Part shown: in pieces, positions 30,801-39,046 of the stretch
How positions within the stretch are numbered: the first letter of the stretch is position 1
Layout of the letters: each line of letters opens with the position of its first letter
Assembly: GCA_951812525.1 (NCBI GenBank)
Contig: OX638316.1
Coordinates: 1,064,506-1,128,505, forward strand
Length of the DNA: 64,000 nt
Direction: 5' to 3'
DNA from: an uncultured Poribacteria bacterium
GTDB taxonomy: Bacteria; Poribacteria; WGA-4E; WGA-3G
Notes under the pieces: generated by a model
What the model was told of the DNA's origin: nothing
Database searches by the model: none
Seen by the model: only the letters and a program-made list of their open reading frames with translations
Position numbers and translations under genes: made by a program

Positions 30801-30982
30801 TACTCGTATTGATAAAACTGCTGTTGAATCTGCTTCCACGGACGGCGGGTGATCATCTCACTCCAGAATCCCCAAATAGTTACCAGTCCTAACAGTGCGG
30901 ACAAAATAAAGAACAAAGCAGAATATGATTTATTCTCAGCAGGAATTTCTTTATTGCTCCTCACGAAATTTTCTACCTCCAT
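27854..30982 (-). CDS. Membrane-anchored octaheme cytochrome c associated with the Rieske/cytochrome b complex
   Basis: Eight CxxCH motifs: CATCH, CTLCH, CRRCH, CHGCH, CLTCH, CFGCH, CTGCH, CISCH. N-terminal TM helix and helical stalk. Confidence 0.9.
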   Translation of the reverse strand: MEVENFVRSNKEIPAENKSYSALFFILSALLGLVTIWGFWSEMITRRPWKQIQQQFYQYEYEKTQLELANAMSNLPELPTPQEPDSKELRRLTKNVENAQVALEEALQARKFRQSESDAVNYKYQHSLHEAKGRHNETVDKWQKKLADYESRIEGELTEAVLAAEATFANENKALAQFYQNSDDPQRALSTYLIALKYNATDTEIAEGIATAQDALQSLQADKSKYDEVTRLEEKLHSVGGIKRTFLGSLLENPFRETRTIVQYYLEDFSHTADRCATCHFSADSSGYEQSAQEMFEVEGDGENPVVHRLKHSSVKVGSESIIIDGFDAEPDEYTLEENGTLTFTDVDVFGEVEISYETGYRSVLQTHPHRDVLLAKHPVDKFGCTLCHGGQGQALTAKSAHALTHAEYWLTPVLGMDEHTGRTSEETAGYMESNCRRCHDGVMMLDYGVNPETDEPQDYAPHLTKGLALFEDLGCHGCHAVEGYSAIEDIAKVGPSLAKVGSKIKDTTWLESWIKKPDAYLPNATMPNFFPADGMTQVVYLKNGGQRTGVVTKTANGIIIKTDEGTEYPYPDSYVLRIVDEVKSIAAYLAQMSDADLDESSATYSESQRAIAAGEETVKAVGCLTCHAVGDLGSDFAPALDSVGTKVTPTYLRQWIRDPKAYDPDTSMPSLRLTDSEIDNTVAYLMSLQQATPNASGESIGEVDPAEGEALVRTYGCFGCHTIPGFESESKVGADLGEFGAKMPDELDFGDTVGIEHSWTGWTLGKVTNPRRYQTRRIVSRMPVFNINDEDARALAVLLKGFQPEQYPLSYIHNRSEKLNRIDAGRRLVKKYNCTGCHEIEGAGGDYIDVIVAHEGLNETNAKQFAPPPLKAEGARVYPDWLFAFLKEPSDIRYGLKVRMPTFELSDDEATTLVKYFSALDDEPFPYETLETPTPTRSELQVGKQIFDVLQCISCHPSQGEVIPEGSDKAGRPDLALAKERLKADWLIDWMKDPQSFQPGTAMPQAWPLVGGQHMPLDGYADDDAEKQIRLVRDYLISLGR

Positions 30983-31046
30983 GTCAATTAATGCATCAGG
31001 ATGTCCTTAGTTAAGGTCTGCAGATGTTAGTACAAATCCTTCTCCC

Positions 31047-31913
31047 CTATATGTTGAACCACGGGGATACCCAGATATATTTCACATTGAAGAATATGCG
31101 CAAGATCATTTTTATTGGCAGTGCGAGCATGGTTAAGAACAGAAATGAGACGATGACGTATCGAACGAGACCGAGTTCCTGCAAGAAACGGCTACTATTC
31201 CGCTTCCATAAGTAGAAAATCGGGCCGACCGAGAAATAACCTGCCACGACGATGAATCCAAAGAAGTTTGCGGTATTTTCACCTCGGATGCCGAAAAGAT
31301 AGGACAGATTCACGTTCGTTAGCGGCACGACAAGGTGTGGGTCCCACGCTTCCCACGGCGCGAAGAAGTTCCATCCAGGTCCCCTGAGGAATGTACCGAC
31401 GACCATCAGGACGATCCATAAAATGATGAATCCGAAAGAGAACACTCCGAGTGCGAACGGACGTTCCTTAATTGTATAATAACCCTTGCCCTTGGGATTA
31501 ATGTCAATGTAGGGAATAGCAATCAACCCGGCAATAATCAACCCTGGTAACACCACGCCTGCGATCCAAGGGTCGAAGTAGACGAGCATTTCCTGTAGTG
31601 CGAGGAAATACCAAGGTGCTTTAGAAGGGTTCGGCGTTTTTGTTGGATCGCTCGGTTCTTCAAGCGGCGCGTCAATCATAATCGACCAAACACCTAAGAC
31701 CAACATAGTAATAATTGCGCAGATAAACTCATTTCGGCACAGATAGGGCCAGACGTAGACTTTATCATTAAGGGCTGCATCTGAGGGAACACCTGTCTTG
31801 TCAGTCTGGCGTGCCTGCCGGTACGAAAGCCAGATGAAATAAGGTATCAAAAAGAGAATAGCAACAATGGGGACATTATCCGGCTTCGTCACCAGTGCTA
31901 AAAAATGCTCCAT
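31047..31913 (-). CDS. petD: Cytochrome b6 subunit IV-like protein (C-terminal part of split cytochrome b)
   Basis: VWPY, PSDPTKTPNPSKAPWYF (PEWY-equivalent), PYID, ERPF. Confidence 0.8.
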   Translation of the reverse strand: MEHFLALVTKPDNVPIVAILFLIPYFIWLSYRQARQTDKTGVPSDAALNDKVYVWPYLCRNEFICAIITMLVLGVWSIMIDAPLEEPSDPTKTPNPSKAPWYFLALQEMLVYFDPWIAGVVLPGLIIAGLIAIPYIDINPKGKGYYTIKERPFALGVFSFGFIILWIVLMVVGTFLRGPGWNFFAPWEAWDPHLVVPLTNVNLSYLFGIRGENTANFFGFIVVAGYFSVGPIFYLWKRNSSRFLQELGLVRYVIVSFLFLTMLALPIKMILRIFFNVKYIWVSPWFNI

Positions 31914-32001
31914 ATTCTGCTCCTTTGAAGATTGGATTCCTTGCCCGTGCTAACAGAAACTGCGTTCCGCCGCCACAAAAGACGTATTTTTAGAACTCCT
32001 T

Positions 32002-32772
32002 TTATAGTGGTCCGGAGATGCCGCCATCTTTACGCACACGCCAGAAATGCAAAGCCATCAGGACGCTCGCCAAAAGTGGCACAGCGACGCAGTGTAAAAT
32101 ATAGAACCTTAACAGCGTTGAGGGTCCTACGATTGTACCCGCGAGCAGCGCAAATCGGACATCGTTTGATTGTGTAATGTCTTGTGGTGCAAACGGACCT
32201 TCGTGTCCCAAAACCGGTGTTGCGCGTGCCATATTCGTACCGACAGTGACCGCCCAAAATGCCAACTGATCCCACGGCAAGAGATAGCCGGTGAAACTGA
32301 GGAAAAACGTCACGAGTAACAAGATGACCCCGACTGCCCAGTTGAATTCTCGTGGTTTCTTATACGAACCGGTCAAGAAGACTCTGAACATGTGTAGCAT
32401 GACCGAAATAACCATTCCGTGTGCTGCCCAGCGATGCATGTTGCGGAGTAGCATTCCGAAAGGTATATCAAATTCGAGGTACTGTACATCGTGGAAGGCA
32501 TATTCAGCCGTAGGACGATAGTAGAACATGAGGAGTACGCCCGTGACGGCAGTCACAAGAAACATGAGAAAGGTGATGCCGCCCATACACCATGTAAAGC
32601 GGAAGTTCAACGCATGGCGAGAAACGCGAGGAGGATGGAGATGCAACCAGACGTTTTGGAGGATTTGTAGGGTGTAACGGCGCCCCGTGTCTTCATATCC
32701 GTGGCGGAATATAGAGCGCCAAATATCAGAATTGGTAATCTTTTCTTTCAGCCCTTTACGTTCTTCGTTCAT
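32002..32772 (-). CDS. petB: Cytochrome b6-type cytochrome b (N-terminal part)
   Basis: WCMGG (heme ci Cys), MHRWAAH...LHMFRV, TGYLLPWDQ, 14 residues between the helix-D His pair, C-terminal GISGPL. Confidence 0.92.
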   Translation of the reverse strand: MNEERKGLKEKITNSDIWRSIFRHGYEDTGRRYTLQILQNVWLHLHPPRVSRHALNFRFTWCMGGITFLMFLVTAVTGVLLMFYYRPTAEYAFHDVQYLEFDIPFGMLLRNMHRWAAHGMVISVMLHMFRVFLTGSYKKPREFNWAVGVILLLVTFFLSFTGYLLPWDQLAFWAVTVGTNMARATPVLGHEGPFAPQDITQSNDVRFALLAGTIVGPSTLLRFYILHCVAVPLLASVLMALHFWRVRKDGGISGPL

Positions 32773-32857
32773 ACTGTCTATCGCAGGCTTCGACGTATAG
32801 ATGCGCCGAAACGCCTTTTCTACCTAACCGAAGCTAGGCGCGAATGCTCTCCTTTCT

Positions 32858-33346
32858 TCAGACCTTCAAAAAGGAGCCTGGGTCGGTCCACTGCCCCTTC
32901 TCACCTAAAAACTTCACAGACTTATCAATCTCGATCTGACCATCTTCTGCCAATGTAATTTTAACACGCTCAAGGGGACGTGGGGCGGGACCTTCGTAGT
33001 TAATGCCCTCTCGGTCGAAACCGCTACCGTGACATGGACACTTGAATTTGTTTTCAGACCCGAGCCATCGCGGTGTACACCCGAGGTGTGTACAAATCGT
33101 TAAGAGTGCATAGAATTCACCGTCCTGTTTCCGAACAATCCAGACACCGAACGGCTCTTTTTTATACTTTTCGCTAACACTACCGGGCGGATATTCTGCC
33201 GGGAGTCCTGCTTTAAAGATAGAGGAAGGTTCAAACAATACGCGTGGATACAGGTACCGGACCAACCCCGGTCCGAAAGTCAGACCTAATGCTGCAACGA
33301 AATTCCCCCAACCGAGAAATTTAAAAAATTTACGACGAGATACCAC
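32858..33346 (-). CDS. petC: Rieske 2Fe-2S subunit
   Basis: Tat motif SRRKFF, CTHLGC, CPCHGSGF, GPAPRPL. Confidence 0.95.
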   Translation of the reverse strand: MVSRRKFFKFLGWGNFVAALGLTFGPGLVRYLYPRVLFEPSSIFKAGLPAEYPPGSVSEKYKKEPFGVWIVRKQDGEFYALLTICTHLGCTPRWLGSENKFKCPCHGSGFDREGINYEGPAPRPLERVKITLAEDGQIEIDKSVKFLGEKGQWTDPGSFLKV

Positions 33347-33562
33347 TTATACCCCCGATTTTGTAGGTGGACGCTTAGGCGTCGGCACTACGAATTAAAG
33401 GTAAACTGTCTACATTATAACCTAAGCCGAGATAAATGTCATCAAAATCCTTTTACTTGAAAGCCTGCCGTCCACAGACAAGACACACTCACCGATTTCA
33501 AGGTGATTCCATTAAAAAACACAAAGTTCGTTCCAAGCAATTTTGCATTTTGAGCGTTAATT

Positions 33563-33591
33563 ATTATAACATGTCTTCACAAGTTTGTCAA
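33563..33591 (-). promoter_or_regulatory. Consensus sigma70 promoter for the respiratory cluster
   Basis: TTGACA-N17-TATAAT with an extended -10 TG on the minus strand. Confidence 0.8.
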
Positions 33592-33804
33592 CCGTTTTTT
33601 GAATTTTTCTATGAGTATATGTTTTTCGGTTTTTGGCTTCCAATTTTCGGTTGTTAACAGCCAATAAGAACGGCAGTCGGCAACCAGCAACCAGCAATTG
33701 GTAATCAACAAATTTTGTTCAATTCCCCGATGATTTGTGCTACAATCTACCCTGAAGATTTCTGGTTCCACAAAATCAATGCTGATAGACAAAGGAGAAT
33801 GAAG

Positions 33805-34593
33805 ATGGCTCGCTTTATAATCAGTTTAATCGTCATAGGTTTCATGTTCGCACAACTCGGCAATGCTGAAGTCGATCCCGGATCTATTGTCGGAGCGTGG
33901 TTGTTTGATGAAACAGGTGGAAAAGTCGCCAAAGATTCATCCGATAATGGTAATGACGGCGACCTCGTCGGTGGTGCCAAATGGGTGAAGGGCAAAATTG
34001 GCAACGCTATTGAGCTTAATGGTAAGGACGCTTGGGTAACTGTTCCAGAGATTGGACCGCTTGAAGACTTCACGCTCATGAAATGGTTTAATTCGACCGG
34101 ACGCGTCGGACTGTGGAGATGTTTCTTTAACCGTGACGGTTGGTCTCCTGGATTCGTCCATTACCAATTTCGACCCGACAACAAAATGGAAATGGCGATC
34201 CACTCCAACAATCCCGTGCGACATCCGGGTTGGCCCAATTCGGAGTTCACGGCGGATAAGGATATTTTGAACGAGTGGTTCCATCTCGCCGTTGCTTATA
34301 GCAGCAACGATGAATCGGTTCAGGTCTATTTTGATGGCGAACTTGATGCAGAGGGAAAATGGGGACCCTTGCCTGGGGAATTTGGACCCGGACGTATCGG
34401 TTCCTGGGATGGTGGTGGAAGAGAGTGGGAGGGTATGTTTGATGAAATGATACTCTTCGATGTCGCACTTGAGGAAGACGATATTCAGATGCTCATGGAG
34501 AATGGATTAGAAGCCACACTCGCTGTCGAAGCGGCGGGTAAACTTGGAACAGTTTGGGGAGACATTAAGTCGGGACGGATGCAAGATAGATAG
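33805..34593 (+). CDS. Secreted LamG-like jellyroll protein with KLGTVWGDIK tail
   Basis: AAGGAG SD; signal peptide; WLFDE..G..AKDSS..GNDG, WFHLAVAY, GMFDE. Confidence 0.85.
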   Translation: MARFIISLIVIGFMFAQLGNAEVDPGSIVGAWLFDETGGKVAKDSSDNGNDGDLVGGAKWVKGKIGNAIELNGKDAWVTVPEIGPLEDFTLMKWFNSTGRVGLWRCFFNRDGWSPGFVHYQFRPDNKMEMAIHSNNPVRHPGWPNSEFTADKDILNEWFHLAVAYSSNDESVQVYFDGELDAEGKWGPLPGEFGPGRIGSWDGGGREWEGMFDEMILFDVALEEDDIQMLMENGLEATLAVEAAGKLGTVWGDIKSGRMQDR

Positions 34594-34650
34594 TCGCGAA
34601 CGATGAATCGGTGAGTTTTTGTTTTCTCTAAAAAAGAGGTGTTTAACAGG

Positions 34651-34680
34651 ATACGGACGGATTTAGAAATCCGTCCGTAT
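34651..34680. terminator. Perfect-stem palindrome between convergent genes (bidirectional terminator or REP)
   Basis: ATACGGACGGATTT-AG-AAATCCGTCCGTAT. Confidence 0.6.
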
Positions 34681-34722
34681 ATTATTTCAGATACTACGAT
34701 CAAGACCAAAGCCCACGGAAAA

Positions 34723-37311
34723 TTAATGGATAATCTTCACATTAAGAATAGGACTATCCTGTATAAAGGCTTTGTTGTTAATCGTCGCAGAACCCCGGAA
34801 CTTGAACTGGTAGGTATCCGCTTTCAAAGAACTGAGCACCTGTAGCGGAACTTTGACTTCCGTTTCATCCGCTGGGATAGTTGCACCTTCCGTAGTGAAA
34901 CCTTCCGGTACATCAATCGGTGTCAGCGTGAGTTCGTCCGTAAAGCCGCCCTGCCGGACTATCGCTAACGTCAATATCGCCTCTTTTGTAAGCGGCATTT
35001 CACCTTCGGTTGCTTCGACATCTGCCGTCAGGTTTGCTGCGATGGCTACGGTCCCGCTATCTTGCACCGTGACGGTATCATCTTTTGCCTTTGCTGGGAA
35101 GACAATGCTAAAACGCAAAGGTTCAACCGTTACAATGAACGGTGCCTCCATGACAGTCAAAGGAATAGCAGGCGTCGAGTGTTTAACTACCTCGCTATTG
35201 ACAGTCGCTGTTCCGGTAACCGAAATGTAGCTTGTGCCGGGGGTCGGCAAAACAGAAAACTCTTCTCTCCTCTCGAAACTCCCAGCTTTAACCGAAAGCG
35301 TTGCCTCCGTTTCACCTTCAGCAATAGTAACAGGTTTTTTGGTAACCGGATCAGGCAGCACGGAAACGCGATTCGGGAGTCCTGATACCGATAATTGGAT
35401 CGGACCGACGAAGTCACCGTGTCGTTTCGCTGTCACATGGAGATCGACAGATTTGTTGTGTACAGCACTTAATCCGATTTCTGCGACTGTGAGTGTGAAT
35501 TCGGGTGCATCCATCACGGTCAGCAGGATCGGTGAAGGGGTGGCGATGCGTTCTATCTGGCGACCACCAACAGCACAAACCCCAACGATAGAGAGTGGCA
35601 TCAGTCCGAGTGGTGCATCCCAAGGAGCCGTTATCGTGAGCATTGCCCGGTCTTGTTCTGCGGCAACAATAGTAGAACTCACATCAAACGTATTCGGGAG
35701 AGCTGGACAGAGCAGGCGAATTGGACCGTCGAATTCGTCGAAACGGGTAACATTAACTTGTAGTGTGACACTACTGCCCCTGCTGACGCGCGGGTTATCG
35801 AAAGGAGATGGCACATTTCGATTATCAAGTGCAATTACTCTGAGTTCGCAGTCTGGTTCCAACGGACGGATGTTTAGCCGGTAGGCGTAGGATTCACCAC
35901 CCTGGTTGTTCAGATCGCGAATGGTGATAGAATACTTTCCAGCTTCCTCAAAATTCCAGTCAATACGCGCATCGGCAAGCGTATTGGCATCAATAGGATC
36001 GTCATTCACTATCAAGACCTGTTCTTTTTCATCACCCCACACCATCTCTTCCGAGGCTTCTCCCATCGGTTTTCCGGGACCGTATAGCGTGAGGAGGGCA
36101 TCAAGTTTCGATGACAACTTCAGTGCTTCTACCTCGAAAACGAGGAGTTGTGGCTCTTTAATCTCAAACGAAAACCGATCCACATCGCCAGATTTGTCGA
36201 TTTTCCCGTTGAGCGTTATCGGGGTCGTCACAGCATTTGCGTTTCCAGCTGTATTATTCGGTTCAGTCTCTACCATTTCCTCTAAATTTCCGATAGCGAA
36301 GGGGCGGACATTGGTTGCCAATCCGGAGGATGTCTGTACCCGCAGAGACTGTTCACCTGCCGGTGTTTCGGCACCGATTGAGACCTGTATAGACTCCACC
36401 GTTTCAAGGTTCGCGCCAGTGACGGCGATTGTATTTTCAGTGCCACGGCGTCCACCAAGAGGAAAAATTGTTTCAAGATACGGTAACTCACCGATGCTCA
36501 ATCGATAGCCATACCCATCTCCACCTTTGTAACGAATATCGCGAATGTGAAGCGTGTACTTCCCAGTCCCAAGCACTGTGTAATCCAGCACGGAATCTAA
36601 GCCGTCTCCAAGTCCGCTGTTGGCGACCTTCATTCCGTTAGCATCCTTGAGAACGAGGTAGGAATCCAAGAGTGAACCTATCCGTTGCGCGTTCACTTCG
36701 CAGATAAGCCGTGCGTCCTTTTTCAGTTCAAAGGTGAAACTATCTTCATCGTCAATTGAGTCAATTTTGCCGTTAACAGTGACAGGGACTGCAAGCCAAT
36801 CGTTTCCCATTTTAGGCGTTTCAGCCATCTCCGCTTCCACGACTTCTCGCAGGTTTCCAATGACGAAACTGCCTGCGTTGGAAGCACCATAAGGTGTAAC
36901 GACGCGTATCTGTTGAACACCGAGTGGAGCACTGGAGGAAATCGTCAGAAATGCGACCAACTGTCCATCGGTAGGGATATGCCCAGAAACGCCAGCACCG
37001 TTAAAGAGGACAGCAGCTTGTCCGGTTTTCTCCCTAATTTCAGCAGTGATACCGCTGCCACTGAACCAGACTGCGGTTGCTGTGCCGAGATTTGTGCCTG
37101 TGATCGTGACTTCTACGCTCCGTCCCTGTTGACCGCCTTGTGGAAAGACCGTTGTCAAGGTCGGTACAGTAGACAAGGTCGGTTGTACTTGGGCGGACGT
37201 GAAACTAACCGCCAAGAAAAAGATCCATAGGACAAGAAAGGACTGTTTTGTTAAGAGATGAGAAAGCGGCGAATTAACCCGTCTCCTCTGCCGAAATAAC
37301 ATGTTAGGCAT
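34723..37311 (-). CDS. Secreted PPC (pre-peptidase C-terminal)/IPT-like repeat protein of the Planctomycete DUF1501 cluster
   Basis: FPQGGQQG, ETEPNN, NGKID..GDVD.F.F, SLLDSYL/SKLDALL repeats. Confidence 0.8.
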   Translation of the reverse strand: MPNMLFRQRRRVNSPLSHLLTKQSFLVLWIFFLAVSFTSAQVQPTLSTVPTLTTVFPQGGQQGRSVEVTITGTNLGTATAVWFSGSGITAEIREKTGQAAVLFNGAGVSGHIPTDGQLVAFLTISSSAPLGVQQIRVVTPYGASNAGSFVIGNLREVVEAEMAETPKMGNDWLAVPVTVNGKIDSIDDEDSFTFELKKDARLICEVNAQRIGSLLDSYLVLKDANGMKVANSGLGDGLDSVLDYTVLGTGKYTLHIRDIRYKGGDGYGYRLSIGELPYLETIFPLGGRRGTENTIAVTGANLETVESIQVSIGAETPAGEQSLRVQTSSGLATNVRPFAIGNLEEMVETEPNNTAGNANAVTTPITLNGKIDKSGDVDRFSFEIKEPQLLVFEVEALKLSSKLDALLTLYGPGKPMGEASEEMVWGDEKEQVLIVNDDPIDANTLADARIDWNFEEAGKYSITIRDLNNQGGESYAYRLNIRPLEPDCELRVIALDNRNVPSPFDNPRVSRGSSVTLQVNVTRFDEFDGPIRLLCPALPNTFDVSSTIVAAEQDRAMLTITAPWDAPLGLMPLSIVGVCAVGGRQIERIATPSPILLTVMDAPEFTLTVAEIGLSAVHNKSVDLHVTAKRHGDFVGPIQLSVSGLPNRVSVLPDPVTKKPVTIAEGETEATLSVKAGSFERREEFSVLPTPGTSYISVTGTATVNSEVVKHSTPAIPLTVMEAPFIVTVEPLRFSIVFPAKAKDDTVTVQDSGTVAIAANLTADVEATEGEMPLTKEAILTLAIVRQGGFTDELTLTPIDVPEGFTTEGATIPADETEVKVPLQVLSSLKADTYQFKFRGSATINNKAFIQDSPILNVKIIH

Positions 37312-37341
37312 TGTCGATCACCTTATGTTTTCAGTAGTGAA

Positions 37342-37417
37342 AAGCCTGCTCATCAGCAAGCATTTATCAATCCGACCGAGTCGATCGAATCTTCTTTGCT
37401 TTACACTGAGCAGGCTT
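37342..37417. other. Long intergenic hairpin with 11-bp terminal inverted repeat
   Basis: AAGCCTGCTCA...TGAGCAGGCTT between the DUF1501 and PPC genes. Confidence 0.45.
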
Positions 37418-37468
37418 AACAAAAATCGGTGTTGATTACGCTATATCAGCGAACCACTGTAAAACCGT

Positions 37469-38914
37469 TTAGAAAATCCCTGCAATCGGTTCGCCTTTCA
37501 CCAACTCGCGTGGCTGATCCAAATGGTTGTACACGATGGTGTGTGGATCGATACCGAGTGTATGATAGACCGTCGCGAGGATGTCGCGTGGGTGTACGGG
37601 GTTCTCAAGCGGTGTTGAACCGGTCGCATCGGACTTCCCGTAAACCTGTCCACCTTTTACACCTGCGCCAGCAATTAAGCCCGTATAGCAATAGGGCCAG
37701 TGGTCGCGTCCATCAGGTGCATTGCTGTTACCGGAGGTGCTAATACCCATCCGCGGGGAACGTCCGAATTCACCGACCGCCAAGACGAGGGTGTCTTCCA
37801 ACATGCCGCGCTGATCCAAGTCTTCCAGCAGCGAAGAGACTGCACTGTCTAATTTCGGGCAGTGAAGATTCTTCAGCGGACCGAAGTTGGTTGCGTGTGT
37901 ATCCCATGCTGTGGTATTCGGATCACCGTTAGCAACAGAAGGCCAGTTCACCTGTACGAAACGGGTGCCTGCTTCCACCAAACGACGAGCGAGAAGTGCA
38001 CTCTGTCCGAACGTGTGTCTACCGTAACGATCCCGGACTTCGTCTGGTTCCTGAGACAAATCGAAAGCATTTCGTGCGCGTTGCGACAAAATGAGATTGT
38101 ATGCCTTCTCATAATACTCGTTCAAGGCGTAAGAGTCAGCAACCTTATCAATTTCGGGCATGCCAGCATTAATCGTCTCAAGAAGCGTTTTCCGGCGTTT
38201 CAGACGGACTGGTGTCACCTCTGGCCGTAGACTCAAATCGTCGAGATTAATTTCCTCATTCGGGTCTTGGAAGAGGAAATACGGATCGTACGCCCTACCG
38301 AGGAACCCTGCATTTCCACCTTTACCGATGGTATTACTCTCTTGCATTGGGCGAGGCAGCTGCACAGCCGAGAGCATCGGTTCATCGGGTGGACGGTAAT
38401 TGGAGACATGCGCTGCTACATTCGGATGGTCGGCTGGTGACGGCGGATCCAGCTGCCCAGAAGGCGAGACCTTGTCCGGTGTTTCACCGGTCACCATCTG
38501 ATACATCGCAGCGGTGTGATTGAAAAGACCTGCCGGTGTGTAACTTATGGAACGGATAAGGCAAGCTTTATCCATCTGCTGTGCCAAACGTGGCATTGTT
38601 TCAGACAACTGAATTCCCGGTACATTAGTTGGGATCGGACTAAATTCACCGCGGATGTTCGAGGGTGCTGCCGGTTTCGGATCCCAGATGTCAAGGTGGC
38701 TAGGACCGCCTTGCAAAAAGAGCAGAATGACCGAGTTGGCTTTTCCCCATCCGTTGAGCGGCTTGGAGGGATCAACTGCCGTATTGGCGTTGGCTTGGAG
38801 TGACAATACCTGTGGCAAACTAATGCCGAGCATCGCCGCACCACCGACACGCAGAAATTCACGCCGCGAGAACCCGTCACATAAGCGTCCGGGTAGTTGT
38901 GGTAACGATAACAT
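37469..38914 (-). CDS. DUF1501 family protein (Tat-exported)
   Basis: CDGFSRREFLR, LQGGPSHLDIWDPKP, ARRLVEAG, WDTH, GEFGRSP, GRDHWP. Confidence 0.92.
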   Translation of the reverse strand: MLSLPQLPGRLCDGFSRREFLRVGGAAMLGISLPQVLSLQANANTAVDPSKPLNGWGKANSVILLFLQGGPSHLDIWDPKPAAPSNIRGEFSPIPTNVPGIQLSETMPRLAQQMDKACLIRSISYTPAGLFNHTAAMYQMVTGETPDKVSPSGQLDPPSPADHPNVAAHVSNYRPPDEPMLSAVQLPRPMQESNTIGKGGNAGFLGRAYDPYFLFQDPNEEINLDDLSLRPEVTPVRLKRRKTLLETINAGMPEIDKVADSYALNEYYEKAYNLILSQRARNAFDLSQEPDEVRDRYGRHTFGQSALLARRLVEAGTRFVQVNWPSVANGDPNTTAWDTHATNFGPLKNLHCPKLDSAVSSLLEDLDQRGMLEDTLVLAVGEFGRSPRMGISTSGNSNAPDGRDHWPYCYTGLIAGAGVKGGQVYGKSDATGSTPLENPVHPRDILATVYHTLGIDPHTIVYNHLDQPRELVKGEPIAGIF

Positions 38915-38933
38915 CTATTGTTTCCTCCGTTTA

Positions 38934-39043
38934 ATGGTTGTCGGTTGTCAGTGCCGATTGTCGGTCAACTGCGTGTAGCAGGGAAGAACGTTTGTAACCG
39001 CCACATCGGATTACTGACAACCGATAGCCAAGAACTGATAACT
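38934..39043. repeat. Heptamer-based inverted-repeat element
   Basis: ATGGTTGTCGGTTGTCAG...ACTGACAACCGATAGC...ACTGATAACT. Confidence 0.7.
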
Positions 39044-39046
39044 TTC

